Below are positions 27,570-37,125 of a stretch of 64,000 nt of DNA, piece after piece. The notes beneath the pieces are model-generated. The model had not been told where the DNA came from. It saw only the letters and a program-made list of their open reading frames with translations, and ran no database searches. The first letter of the stretch is position 1. Each line of letters begins with the position of its first letter. A program made the position numbers and the translations under genes. The stretch comes from an uncultured Acidimicrobiaceae bacterium (GTDB taxonomy: Bacteria > Actinomycetota > Acidimicrobiia > Acidimicrobiales > Bog-793): contig CAWHOY010000006.1 of assembly GCA_963831155.1 (NCBI GenBank), forward strand, positions 778,987 through 842,986, written 5' to 3'.

Positions 27570-28828
27570 GCGTCGAGCTCTTTTGTGATGTGAAGCGACA
27601 GCTGTGCGTGACCGGCGCGCAGCGCCTTTTCCACGTCGTCGGGGTCGTCCGCCCGCGCGAAGAGGAAGCCGAGATAGCGGTCACCTTCCGGCCACGCCGC
27701 GATCGTCCGGCCGGTGGGAACAGTGATCTCGAGCTCGGTGACGTGCTCGACGGCGAGCGCCTCGTCTCGTCCGTCCACGCCTTCGAAACGCCCAGCGCTC
27801 GGGATCGGGATCATCATCACGCCGGAAGCGCCGGATTCCCGGGCGAATGGGACGTCGTCCATGCCGAGCGCGTGCGCCAGCACGAGCTCTTCGAGCGAGC
27901 GATCCGATACGAAGCGGAGCGCCTTCGAGCACTTGCCGCCGATCGTGCGCGCCGCGGCCTCGAGAACGATCACCTGCGCGTCCGGATCGGCACCCGACGG
28001 CGAGAGCCGCGCTTCGGCGTGCACGGGACCGTCGACGAGCCCGATCGCGCCGCAGGCGCGCTTGATCTCGTCTTCGACGCGCACCAAGACGCCCGGGTGA
28101 TGGCGCGACGGGGTGACGTAGATCGTCTCTTCGAAGTACGGACCGGTGAGGGGATCGGGCTTGTCGAAGATGGCGAGCGTCGAAAGCGCTCCATCGGTGA
28201 GCATGCCCTCGAGCGCGATCTCGTCGCCTCCGACGTAGCGCTCGACGAGCAGCGGCTCGTCCGGCGCACACCCGGCTGAGAGCGCGACCCGGCGCGTCCG
28301 CGCCGCAGCTCGGCGCGCACCGCCCGCGTCGTCGACGCGTTCGACGCCGCGGCTGGCAGAGAGCGAGACGGGCTTGATGACGACCGGGTAGCCGAGAAGA
28401 TCAGCCGCGTCGGCGACATCCACGTGCTCGTTCTCGCCCGCATCGATGATAGCGAACGGTGGCTGGCTGACGCCCGCTGTTGCGAGCAGTCGGCGCATCG
28501 TCACCTTGTCGCGCGTCGCCTCGATCGCCGAAAGAGGGTTCTTGTCGATCCCGAGTCGCTGCGCGGCGTACGCCGCCGCGAGCGCGCTCTCGTCGTCGAC
28601 GGCGACGACGGCGTCGATCGGCGTTGACTTCGCGAAGCGTTCGACGATTCGTGCCGCCGTGCCGGGTTCGTGCAGGGGGAGCGCGACGAAGCGCTCGGGA
28701 AACGACGCCGCCATCGCCTGAGCGGTGTCCGAGGCGGAAACGACGTCGACGCCGAGACGCGCCGCGGCGTCGAGGAACTCCTTTGCCCGGTATGTCTGTG
28801 AGGGCAGGAAGAGCATCACCCGGGGCAC
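27566..28828 (-). CDS. ATP-grasp domain protein (amino-acid-ligase-like)
   Basis: 420 aa. Pre-ATP-grasp region followed by GYPVVIKP...SRGV...VERYV.G.E motifs typical of ATP-grasp ligases. Confidence 0.85.
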   Translation of the reverse strand: MPRVMLFLPSQTYRAKEFLDAAARLGVDVVSASDTAQAMAASFPERFVALPLHEPGTAARIVERFAKSTPIDAVVAVDDESALAAAYAAQRLGIDKNPLSAIEATRDKVTMRRLLATAGVSQPPFAIIDAGENEHVDVADAADLLGYPVVIKPVSLSASRGVERVDDAGGARRAAARTRRVALSAGCAPDEPLLVERYVGGDEIALEGMLTDGALSTLAIFDKPDPLTGPYFEETIYVTPSRHHPGVLVRVEDEIKRACGAIGLVDGPVHAEARLSPSGADPDAQVIVLEAAARTIGGKCSKALRFVSDRSLEELVLAHALGMDDVPFARESGASGVMMIPIPSAGRFEGVDGRDEALAVEHVTELEITVPTGRTIAAWPEGDRYLGFLFARADDPDDVEKALRAGHAQLSLHITKELDA

Positions 28829-28901
28829 ACCTCATTGTGCCGGGAAATGGCCAGTTCGCCGTCGCTTCGGGTCGCGCGCCGGCTGGCCATACGATGGGCG
28901 T

Positions 28902-29543
28902 GTGGCTGATTCGGGTGACGGTTCTAGCGCGACTCCCCAGCTCAAGCTGACCGAGGCCGCCCGCCAGGCGGTCCTGGAAGCGCGCGCGGGTGAGGCGAGC
29001 GCGGAGAGCCTGGCGCTGTTTGTCGAGGTGACCGGCGCCCAGAACGGTACTTACACCTACGAGATGTGGTTCGAAGCCCTCTCCGACGCGACCTCACGCG
29101 ACGTCGTCAACGACTTCGACGGCCTCGCCGTGGTGGTCGGCGGGGACAGCGTCGACAAGCTCACCGGTGCCACCTTGGACGCCGGCGAGCACGGGCTCGT
29201 GATGTTGAACCCGAACACGCCACGCACCCCGGCGCCGACGTCACCGGCCCCCCAGGGCGACACGACGAGCCCGATGGCACGCTCGGTGATCGCCGTTCTC
29301 GAGGAGCAGGTGAACCCACAGATCGCGATGCACGGCGGCCGGGCGGATCTCGTCGCCGTCGACAACGGCATCGCTTACCTGCGGCTGTCCGGGGGATGCC
29401 AGGGATGTGGCCTCGCCGCGCTCACGCTTTCCCAGGGGATCCTGGTCGCGATCAAAGACGCGGTCCCCGAGATTGTCGACGTCGTCGACGTCACGGCGCA
29501 CGCCGAGGGTACGAACCCGTACTACGAACCGGCAAAGAAGTAA
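28902..29543 (+). CDS. Nfu/NifU-type Fe-S cluster carrier (HesB/IscA-like N-domain + NifU C-domain)
   Basis: The C-terminal part [36 protein letters not shown] carries the CxxC of the NifU C-domain. GTG 28902 is chosen because upstream ORF sequence is non-protein-like. Confidence 0.75.
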   Translation: MADSGDGSSATPQLKLTEAARQAVLEARAGEASAESLALFVEVTGAQNGTYTYEMWFEALSDATSRDVVNDFDGLAVVVGGDSVDKLTGATLDAGEHGLVMLNPNTPRTPAPTSPAPQGDTTSPMARSVIAVLEEQVNPQIAMHGGRADLVAVDNGIAYLRLSGGCQGCGLAALTLSQGILVAIKDAVPEIVDVVDVTAHAEGTNPYYEPAKK

Positions 29544-29553
29544 CGCGCCGGGC

Positions 29554-30760
29554 GTGCTCCGTTTCCTCACCGCCGGGGAATCGCATGGGAGGGCCCTCGT
29601 CGTCATCGTCGAAGGGCTCCCTGCCGGACTGCGCGTCTCCGCCGAAGCGATCTCGGACGAGCTATCCAGGCGCCGCCTCGGTTACGGCCGCGGACCGCGC
29701 ATGCGTTTCGAACGCGATGAGCTGACGCTCCTGGGCGGGGTGCGCCATGGGCGCACCCTCGGCTCGCCCGTCGCGATCGAGATCGCCAACACCGAGTGGC
29801 CGAAGTGGGAACAGGAGATGTCTCCGGCGCCGGGCGCGCCGACGCGCGAGCTCAGCGCACCGCGTCCCGGTCACGCGGATCTCGCCGGCATGTTGAAGTA
29901 CGGCTTTTCCGACGCCCGCGACGTCCTTGAGCGCGCCTCGGCGCGCGAGACGGCGGCGCGTGTCGCGGCAGGGGCACTGGCGAAGGTGCTCCTCGAAGAA
30001 GTCGGCGTCGCGGTTTTGAGCCACGTCGTCGCGATGGGCTCGGCGAGGGCCGCACCGGGGTCGCGGCCCGCTCCGGGAGATCTCGACGCGGTCGACGCTG
30101 TCCGAGGTGCGCTGTTTCGACGCCGCCGCCGAGCAGAAGATGATCGCCGAGATCAAAAAGGCGGCAAAGGCGGGCGACTCGCTCGGCGGCGTCGCCGAGG
30201 TGCTCGCTTACGGGGTGCCGGTCGGCCTGGGAAGCCACGTCCAATGGGACCGCAAACTCGACGGATTGCTCGCTCAGGCGGTCATGAGCATCCCGGCGGT
30301 GAAAGCGGTCGAGATCGGCGAGGCGTTCGCGATCGCCGAACGGCGCGGCTCGGAGTCGCACGACGCGATCGAGTGGGACGGCTCGACGAAGCGCTACTCG
30401 CGACCGACGTCGCGGGCGGGTGGGATCGAAGGCGGGATCTCGAACGGCTCGTTGATCGCCGTGCGCGCGGTCATGAAGCCGCTCTCGACGCTGTCGCGGC
30501 CGGTCATCGCGACGGTCGACACGAAGACGAAGGAATCGACGGTCTCTTTCAAGGAGCGCACCGATGTGACGTCGGTTCCGGCGATGGGCGTCGTCGCCGA
30601 GACGATGGTCGCGCTCGTTCTCGCCTCAGAGGCGCTCCGCAAGTTCGGCGGCGACTCGGTCGCCGAGTTCGTCCGCAATCACGCGAACTTCGAAGCCGCG
30701 ACGCACGAGACGCCGTCGGCGGCGCGGGAGCTCACCGTCGCGCCAGAGGTCGGGACGTGA
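29554..30760 (+). pseudogene. aroC: Chorismate synthase interrupted by a single extra nucleotide near nt 30100 (true pseudogene or sequence error)
   Basis: The N-terminal 182 aa ([16 protein letters not shown]...GDLDAVDA) are in one frame from GTG 29554. The C-terminal 219 aa ([31 protein letters not shown]...) are in the +1 frame, ending at 30760. Removing one nt from GAC GCT G TCC restores colinearity with M. tuberculosis AroC (DLPAIDASPVRAYD). Confidence 0.85.
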
Positions 30761-32334
30761 TGACGTTTGCCGATCCCCACGGACGCCGCCACATCGTGCT
30801 CGTCGGCATGATGGGCGCCGGCAAGACGTCGACTGGTCGCCGCCTCGCCGCGCTGTTACAGCGGAAATTCGTCGACACCGACGCGGTGATCGAAGCAGAG
30901 TCGCAGATGTCGATCGGTGAGCTGTTCCAACGTGACGGCGAGCAGGCGTTCCGGGCGATCGAGAGCCGGGTGTTCGCCGACGCGCTCTCGTCAACCGAAC
31001 CGTCGGTGATCGCCACCGGCGGCGGCGCGGTCTTGGACGACGAGAACCGAAAGCGCGCCATCCAAGAAGGGGAGGTCGTGTGGCTGCGTGCGCGGACCGC
31101 GACGCTCGCCGGGCGGGTCGAAGGGATCCCGGAGCGACCGCTGCTCGGCGACGACGCGCACGCCGCCCTGGCGGACTTGGAGCCCCAGCGCCGGCCGCTC
31201 TACGAGCAGGTGGCGGGTTCGGTCATCGACGTCGACGACCTCGATCCCGAACAGACGGTGATGGCGGTCATCCGCGCCATCCAACGGCGCGTCGACGTCG
31301 TGACGGCGCAGCGGAGCTACCCGGTCATCGTCGGCCCCGGTGCCCGTCATCTCCTCAGAGAGTTCGTCCCGAAAAGGGCGCGCACGGCGGCGATCGTCAC
31401 CCAAGCCGGACTGAACGTGACCGTCGTCCCCGGCATAAAGGAGGCCGAGTTCGTCATCGGCCTCGGCGAGGACGCGAAGTCGCTCGAGACGATCGAAGAG
31501 CTCTGTCGGGGCTTTGCCCGCGCGGGGATGCACCGTGACGACGTCGTCGTCGCGCTGGGTGGCGGCGTCGTGACCGACGTCTCGGGGTTCGCCGCGGCGT
31601 GTTTCCACCGCGGCGTGCCGGTGATCCACGTCGCGACGACCCTCCTCGCGCAGATCGACGCGGCGATCGGCGGCAAGACCGGCGTCAACCTGCCGGAGGG
31701 CAAGAACCTCGTCGGCGCGTACTGGCAGCCGCAGGCGGTCATCTGTGACACCGATCTGTTGGCGTCGCTCTCCGATGCCGAGTGGCGCTCGGGATTGGGC
31801 GAGATGGCGAAGTACGTGCTGCTGGGGCTCGGCAATCTCGACGATCTGCCGCTCCCCGATCGGGTCGCGTCGTGCGCGGCGATGAAGGCGGAGTACGTCT
31901 CGGCCGACGAACGCGACGGCGACAAAAGGCGGCTGCTCAACTACGGCCACACGCTCGCCCACGCGCTGGAGGCCGAGCACTTCGGAGACGAGGGCGGTCA
32001 CATCCGCCACGGTGAGGCCGTCGCCATCGGGCTCGTCTTCGCGGCCCGGCTCGCCCGCGTCTTGGGACGCGTCGATGATGACGTCGTCGCGCACCACATC
32101 GCCGTCGTCGAGGGCTACGGGCTGCCGAGCGCGCTTCCCACCCGGGTCGACCTCGACCGGCTCGTCGAGTTCATGGAGCGCGACAAGAAGGGCGGCGAGG
32201 GCCTCACCTTCGTGCTCGACGGTCCGCAAGGCTTCACGGTCGTGAGCGGGGTCAAAGAAGACGCGGTGCGCGAGGCGCTCATCGAGTCCCGGGCGGACGA
32301 AGTCGTCACCGGACCGTCGGGGGGATCGCGGTGA
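30760..32334 (+). CDS. aroKB: In-frame shikimate kinase / 3-dehydroquinate synthase fusion (AroK-AroB)
   Basis: The AroK part has Walker [10 protein letters not shown]. There is no stop codon before the AroB part ([10 protein letters not shown]...[14 protein letters not shown]...GHTLAHALE). 524 aa in total. TGATG junction with aroC. Confidence 0.8.
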   Translation: MTFADPHGRRHIVLVGMMGAGKTSTGRRLAALLQRKFVDTDAVIEAESQMSIGELFQRDGEQAFRAIESRVFADALSSTEPSVIATGGGAVLDDENRKRAIQEGEVVWLRARTATLAGRVEGIPERPLLGDDAHAALADLEPQRRPLYEQVAGSVIDVDDLDPEQTVMAVIRAIQRRVDVVTAQRSYPVIVGPGARHLLREFVPKRARTAAIVTQAGLNVTVVPGIKEAEFVIGLGEDAKSLETIEELCRGFARAGMHRDDVVVALGGGVVTDVSGFAAACFHRGVPVIHVATTLLAQIDAAIGGKTGVNLPEGKNLVGAYWQPQAVICDTDLLASLSDAEWRSGLGEMAKYVLLGLGNLDDLPLPDRVASCAAMKAEYVSADERDGDKRRLLNYGHTLAHALEAEHFGDEGGHIRHGEAVAIGLVFAARLARVLGRVDDDVVAHHIAVVEGYGLPSALPTRVDLDRLVEFMERDKKGGEGLTFVLDGPQGFTVVSGVKEDAVREALIESRADEVVTGPSGGSR

Positions 32335-32789
32335 GCCTGCCCGTCGTGTTGTTGTTGTCGGGGCCCAACCTCGCGCTGCTGGGCGAACGCGAACCCGAGG
32401 TCTACGGATCAGAGACCCTCGCCGAGCACGTCGAACGGGCCGAGAAGGTCGCCGCCCGCCTCGGTGCGGCGCTCGAACACGTCCAGTCCGAGAGCGAAGC
32501 AGGGCTCATCGAAGCCGTGCACCGTGCTAGGGATCGCGTGGCGGCGATCGTTGTCAACGCCGGGGCGCTGTCGCATTACGGTTGGTCGCTGCACGACGCG
32601 CTTGGCGCGTTTTCCGGGCCGATCATCGAGGTCCACCTGTCGAACCCGCTCGCGCGCGAGCGATGGAGACACGCTTCGGTGATCGCTCCGGTGGCCGACG
32701 GGTATGTGGCAGGTATGGGGGGGTTCGGCTACGAGCTGGCGGTCATGGCCGCAGCTCGGATGCTCGGTCTGTCAGGAGAGGATTCCTAG
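32331..32789 (+). CDS. aroQ: Type II 3-dehydroquinate dehydratase
   Basis: 152 aa. [20 protein letters not shown]...HLSN motifs. GTGA overlap with aroKB. Confidence 0.9.
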   Translation: MSLPVVLLLSGPNLALLGEREPEVYGSETLAEHVERAEKVAARLGAALEHVQSESEAGLIEAVHRARDRVAAIVVNAGALSHYGWSLHDALGAFSGPIIEVHLSNPLARERWRHASVIAPVADGYVAGMGGFGYELAVMAAARMLGLSGEDS

Positions 32790-32857
32790 TGGTCGTGGAA
32801 GTGATCGCTGATCCAAAGCGCGCGCGCAAGAGCGCACCCGGGCGCGAGCTGGCACCG

Positions 32858-33934
32858 ATGGAGGTGTCAACGCGCCTCAACAAGTTGCGCCAGCGTCTCG
32901 AACAGGAGCACCTGGGTGGGTTGCTCGTCACGGCGCTAGCGAATGTCCGATACCTGACGGGGTTCTCGGGGTCGGCGGCGATGCTGCTCGTCACTTCGTC
33001 GCGGGCGTTGTTCCTCACCGACGGCCGGTACAAGGACCAGTCGGCGACGCAGCTTTCCGCGGCGGGCGTCGAGGCGGACCTCGTCGTCGGCAAGAACGCC
33101 GACCAGCTGAAAGCGCTCGGACGCGCGACAAAGGCGCTGAAGCGCGTCGGGCTCGAGGCCGACGCAGCGTCGTGGAAGTTCGCCACGCGCCTTTCCGAGG
33201 ACCTGGTGCCGGATGTATCGGCGACGTCTGGGGTCGTCGAAGCGCTCCGGCTCGTGAAGGACGCCGGCGAGGTGGCACGCATCGAGCGTGCCTGTGATAT
33301 CGCCGATATCGCCCTCGCGCAAACGAAGGAGCGACTGAAGTACGGCGTCACCGAATCGGAGTTCGCCGCCGAGCTCGATTTTGAGATGCGCAAGCGCGGC
33401 GCCGAGTCGCTGGGATTCGACACGATTGTCGGCTCCGGTCCGAACGCCGCGCTGCCGCACCACCAACCGACCGATCGGGCGATCGTCGAAGGGGAGCTCA
33501 TCGTCATCGACTTCGGCGCCTGTTTCGACGGCTATCGGTCAGACATGACTCGCACCGTCTGCATCGGCGAGCCGAAAGGAGCCGCGGCGGAGATCCTCGA
33601 CGCGGTCGCCGCATCGCAACGGGCCGGCCTGCTCGCCGTGAAAGCGGGTGTGCGCGCCGGCGACGTCGACAAGGCGTGCCGTGAGTCCCTCGCCGAGGCC
33701 GGGTATGCCGAGGCATTCAGCCATTCGACGGGCCACGGCGTCGGCCTCGACATCCACGAGGCGCCGAGCGTCGCCGACGGCAGCGAGGAGGTGTTGGAAG
33801 CGGGAACGGTGATCACCGTCGAACCCGGCGTCTACCTCCCCGGCGAGACGGGTGCGCGTATCGAGGACACCGTCCTCGTGACGACGTCAGGTTGCCGCCC
33901 GCTCACGAAGACGACGAAGGACGCAGTGATCTGA
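32858..33934 (+). CDS. M24B Xaa-Pro peptidase (PepP/PepQ-like)
   Basis: Creatinase-like N-domain followed by metal ligands in DFGA...D..R, HSTGHGVGLDIHE and EPG. ATG 32858 is preferred, with an alternative GTG about 32788 overlapping the aroQ stop. Confidence 0.85.
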   Translation: MEVSTRLNKLRQRLEQEHLGGLLVTALANVRYLTGFSGSAAMLLVTSSRALFLTDGRYKDQSATQLSAAGVEADLVVGKNADQLKALGRATKALKRVGLEADAASWKFATRLSEDLVPDVSATSGVVEALRLVKDAGEVARIERACDIADIALAQTKERLKYGVTESEFAAELDFEMRKRGAESLGFDTIVGSGPNAALPHHQPTDRAIVEGELIVIDFGACFDGYRSDMTRTVCIGEPKGAAAEILDAVAASQRAGLLAVKAGVRAGDVDKACRESLAEAGYAEAFSHSTGHGVGLDIHEAPSVADGSEEVLEAGTVITVEPGVYLPGETGARIEDTVLVTTSGCRPLTKTTKDAVI

Positions 33935-34494
33935 TGGCGATCTCGACGAACGACCTGAAAAACGGGATGGCGCTCGATCTCCCGGACGGTCTGTACGCGG
34001 TCGTCGAGTTCCAGCACGTGAAGCCCGGCAAGGGCGGCGCGTTCGTGCGGACGAAGCTGCGCAATATGCGGACGAAGGCGGTTTTGGAACGGACCTTCCG
34101 CGCCGACGAACGCGTTGAGCAGGCGGTTATCGACAAGCGCGAGATGCAATATCTCTACCGCGACGGCACCGACTTCGTTTTGATGGACAACGTCTCGTTC
34201 GACCAGATGACGGTCCCCGAGTCCTCTGTCGGCGAGGCGGCGAACTACTTGAAGGCCGGCGACTCGGTGATCGTCGTGTTGTACGGCACCGAGATCGTCG
34301 ACATCGAGCTGCCCGCCGCGGTCGAACTCGAGGTGACCGAGACGGAACCGGGGGCGCAGGGAGATCGCGTGTCGGGAGCCCGCAAACCGGCGACGACCGA
34401 GACCGGACTCGTCGTCCAGGTCCCGCTCTTCATCAGCATCGGGGAGCGCATCAAAGTCGACACGCGCTCTGGTGAGTACCTCACGCGCGCGTAG
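33934..34494 (+). CDS. efp: Elongation factor P
   Basis: MAISTNDLKNGMALDL...VKPGKGGAFVRTKLRN. 186 aa. TGATG junction with the upstream gene. Confidence 0.95.
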   Translation: MAISTNDLKNGMALDLPDGLYAVVEFQHVKPGKGGAFVRTKLRNMRTKAVLERTFRADERVEQAVIDKREMQYLYRDGTDFVLMDNVSFDQMTVPESSVGEAANYLKAGDSVIVVLYGTEIVDIELPAAVELEVTETEPGAQGDRVSGARKPATTETGLVVQVPLFISIGERIKVDTRSGEYLTRA

Positions 34495-34900
34495 GGGACG
34501 CGAACCCACCCCCGGCGAGCGACGCGCCGCGCGCGAGCGCGCGCTCGACCTTTTGTACGAAGCCGAGGCAAAGGACACGACGCCGAGCGACGTGCTCGCT
34601 TCCCTGCCGGTCGAACCGGATCCTTTCGCCGAAGAGCTCGTCCGCGGTGTCGAGGGCGACCTCCAGACGATCGATACGTTGATCGCGAAGCACGCCGAAG
34701 GTTGGGCCGTCGATCGCATGCCGGTGGTCGACCGGCAGCTGATGCGGATCGCGACCTACGAGTTGCTCGCGCGCGACGATGTCAGTCGGGCCGTCGTCAT
34801 CGACGAAGCGGTTGATCTGGCGAAGGACTTCTCGACGGCGGAGTCCGGTGCCTACGTGAACGGCGTGCTCTCCGCGATCGCCGACGAGCTCGGCCGATGA
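34472..34900 (+). CDS. nusB: Transcription antitermination factor NusB
   Basis: AARERALDLLYEAE... pattern and conserved position after efp. GTG 34472 overlaps the efp 3' end by 23 nt. Confidence 0.85.
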   Translation: MSTSRARRGREPTPGERRAARERALDLLYEAEAKDTTPSDVLASLPVEPDPFAEELVRGVEGDLQTIDTLIAKHAEGWAVDRMPVVDRQLMRIATYELLARDDVSRAVVIDEAVDLAKDFSTAESGAYVNGVLSAIADELGR

Positions 34901-35994
34901 ACAGCAACGACGCCTACTCCGACTCGGGCGTCGACTACACGGTCTTGGACGAGGGGAAGCGCCGGGCGCTCAGCGCGGCGCGGGCGACGGCGCAAAACCC
35001 CGCCCGGCGCGGGGCGGTGGTCGAACCGTCGAGCTACGGCGAACCGGCGGCGATCGTCCACGTCGGTGACGAGGACCTCGCCTTCGTGCTCGAGTGCCTC
35101 GGCACGAAGTCGCTCGTCGCGAGCGAGGTCGAGGCCGAGCTCGGGATCGACCGTTTCTGTGACGTCGGATACGACACCGTGGCGGCGGCGGCGAACGATT
35201 GTGTCTCTGTCGGTGCTCTTCCGTTGGTCGTTAACGCCTACTTCGCGGCCGGGGCGGACTTCTACAAGAGCGGGCGCCACGCAGCGCTCGTCGAGGGATT
35301 CCGTCTCGCCTGTGACGAAGCGGGCGCGGCGTGGGGTGGAGGTGAGTCGCCGACGCTCGCTGGACTCGTCGCCGACGGCGCCGTCGACCTCGCCGCGGCG
35401 GTTTTCGGAAGGGTGCCGAGGGGGCACGCGCCGCTGCTGGGCGGTGCGCTCCAGGCGGGCGACGAGATCGTGCTCGTCGCGTCGAACGGTCTCCACCAAA
35501 ACGGCGCCTCGCTCGCCCGTCGCGTCGCCCGGGAGGACCCGGCGTCGTGGTCGGCGAAGCTCGCATCTGGCCGCGCGCTCGGCGAGGCGGTTTTGGACCA
35601 CGGCTTGTTGTACGTCGGACTGTTCGAAGCGCTCTACGCGGCAGGCGTCATACCGCACTACGCGAGCCACATCACCGGGCATGGATGGCGCAAGCTGATG
35701 CGTGCGGATCGCGAGCTCACCTACAGGATAGAGGCGCTTCCCGAAGTGCCCGAAGTGCTCGCGTTCCTCGTCGAAAGGGCGGGGCTCGAAGCGTCCGAGG
35801 CCTACGCGACATTCAACATGGGTGCCGGCCTGGCGCTCTATGTCGCAAAAGGCGCGGCTGGAGAAGTGATCGACGTCGCGCGCTCGGTCGGGATCGCCGC
35901 GCAGGCGGCGGGTCGCGTGCAGGTCGGCCCGCGCCGGGTCGTCATCGTCCCGCTCGGCGTCGAGTACGCAAAAGAGAGCCTCGAGATCCGCTGA
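34897..35994 (+). CDS. AIR-synthase-related (PurM superfamily) protein of unknown specificity
   Basis: 365 aa. PurM-like N- and C-domains (DVGYDTVAAAANDCVSVGA...GGGESP). ATGA overlap with nusB. It does not match canonical PurM at the N-terminus. Confidence 0.65.
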   Translation: MNSNDAYSDSGVDYTVLDEGKRRALSAARATAQNPARRGAVVEPSSYGEPAAIVHVGDEDLAFVLECLGTKSLVASEVEAELGIDRFCDVGYDTVAAAANDCVSVGALPLVVNAYFAAGADFYKSGRHAALVEGFRLACDEAGAAWGGGESPTLAGLVADGAVDLAAAVFGRVPRGHAPLLGGALQAGDEIVLVASNGLHQNGASLARRVAREDPASWSAKLASGRALGEAVLDHGLLYVGLFEALYAAGVIPHYASHITGHGWRKLMRADRELTYRIEALPEVPEVLAFLVERAGLEASEAYATFNMGAGLALYVAKGAAGEVIDVARSVGIAAQAAGRVQVGPRRVVIVPLGVEYAKESLEIR

Positions 35995-36029
35995 CGAATC
36001 GGGTCAGATCTAGCCGAAGGGAGAGCCAA

Positions 36030-36401
36030 ATGGCAGAGACGAACTACGTCATCAACATGGAGCCGCTCTTTTCCTCGCTTGAGCGGTTCGACGTCGACGA
36101 GATTGCCGCCGGTGTCGACGAACCCTGGTGGAACCAGACGTTGATCGGGATCGGCGACGACCTCGTCCGTCTCGGCGTCTTCGAAGGCGAGTATCACTGG
36201 CACAAGCACGACGACCAGGACGAGTTCTTCTTCGTACTCGACGGCGCGATGCGCATCGAGCTCGAAGGTCATGACCCAGCCGAGCTCGGAAAGCACCAGG
36301 GCTTCTCTGTCCCCAAGGGCCTCAAGCACCGACCGGTCGTGCCGACGCGCTCTGTCGTTCTGATGATCGAGAAGGCGAGCATCGTTCCGACCGGAGACTG
36401 A
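36030..36401 (+). CDS. Cupin-domain protein
   Basis: 123 aa from ATG 36030 (GAAGGGAGAG upstream). Cupin motif G.YHWHKHDDQDEFFFVLDG....L.... Confidence 0.65.
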   Translation: MAETNYVINMEPLFSSLERFDVDEIAAGVDEPWWNQTLIGIGDDLVRLGVFEGEYHWHKHDDQDEFFFVLDGAMRIELEGHDPAELGKHQGFSVPKGLKHRPVVPTRSVVLMIEKASIVPTGD

Positions 36402-37076
36402 TCAGCTCGCGCGGCGGACCTCTCCGGATTCGTCCTCCCGCGGCGCGGCGATGCCGTGGCGGGGCACGATGATCTCGTCGATCAGCCCATAACAGCGTGC
36501 TTCTTCGGGCGTCAAGAAGTAGTCACGATCGATGTCGCGCTTCACTTTTTCGACGGGCTTGCCGGAATGGAAAGCGATGATCTCTGCCATCCGCTCGGTG
36601 AGCGAGAGCACCTCGCGCAGCTGGATCTCCATGTCGGTCGGCGCGCCCCGCGTTCCAGCATGTCCTTGGTGGATCATCACCTTCGACGAGGGCAGCGCGA
36701 AGCGCTTCCCCTTTGCGCCGCCGCACAACACCATTGCTGCGGCGGACATCGCCATGCCGACACAGGTCGTCGAGACGTCGCAGCGAACGTGCTGCATCAC
36801 GTCGTAGATCGCCATGCCGGCGTATGCTGCCCCGCCCGGCGAGTTGATGTAGAGAGTGATGTCCTTTTCGGGGTCTTCTGCTTCGAGGTAGAGCATCTCG
36901 GCGATGATGAGGTTGGCGACGTCGTCATCGATCTCGCTTCCGAGAAAGACGATGCGTTCTTTCAACAGCAACGAGAAGATGTCGAAGACGCGTTCACCGC
37001 GACCCGAAGACTCGATGACCGTCGGGATGACGGAACGGAGTTGGAAAGAGTTGGCGGAATCCCGTGTGGTTGGCAT
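36402..37076 (-). CDS. clpP: ATP-dependent Clp protease proteolytic subunit (catalytically intact, solitary paralog)
   Basis: 224 aa. [15 protein letters not shown] (Ser), MIHQ (His) and [11 protein letters not shown] (Asp) are all present. Its stop abuts the cupin stop with zero spacer. Confidence 0.9.
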   Translation of the reverse strand: MPTTRDSANSFQLRSVIPTVIESSGRGERVFDIFSLLLKERIVFLGSEIDDDVANLIIAEMLYLEAEDPEKDITLYINSPGGAAYAGMAIYDVMQHVRCDVSTTCVGMAMSAAAMVLCGGAKGKRFALPSSKVMIHQGHAGTRGAPTDMEIQLREVLSLTERMAEIIAFHSGKPVEKVKRDIDRDYFLTPEEARCYGLIDEIIVPRHGIAAPREDESGEVRRAS

Positions 37077-37087
37077 CTCGGTTATGA

Positions 37088-37105
37088 TATCTCAAATATG
37101 AGATA
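37088..37105. promoter_or_regulatory. AT-rich inverted repeat TATCTCA-AATA-TGAGATA in the clpP / XRE divergent promoter region; candidate operator
   Basis: 7-bp perfect arms centred in the 49-nt gap between the clpP start (37076) and the XRE start (37126). It sits in the most AT-rich stretch I noticed by eye. Confidence 0.45.
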
Positions 37106-37125
37106 CTCGACCCGGCAGGTGCTTC

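Noticed and set aside
29407-32334. 975-aa ORF that looks like one giant protein.
   Set aside because: It is a composite of four segments: a read-in upstream of aroC, the aroC N-half, about 220 codons of Arg-rich out-of-frame read-through after the aroC frameshift, and the genuine aroK-aroB fusion. Only the segments listed as features are credible.
36396-36407. Palindromic CTGATCAG at the cupin/clpP tail-to-tail junction.
   Set aside because: It is simply two abutting TGA stop codons on opposite strands (TGA|TCA). It is not long enough to be a terminator or a protein-binding site in its own right.
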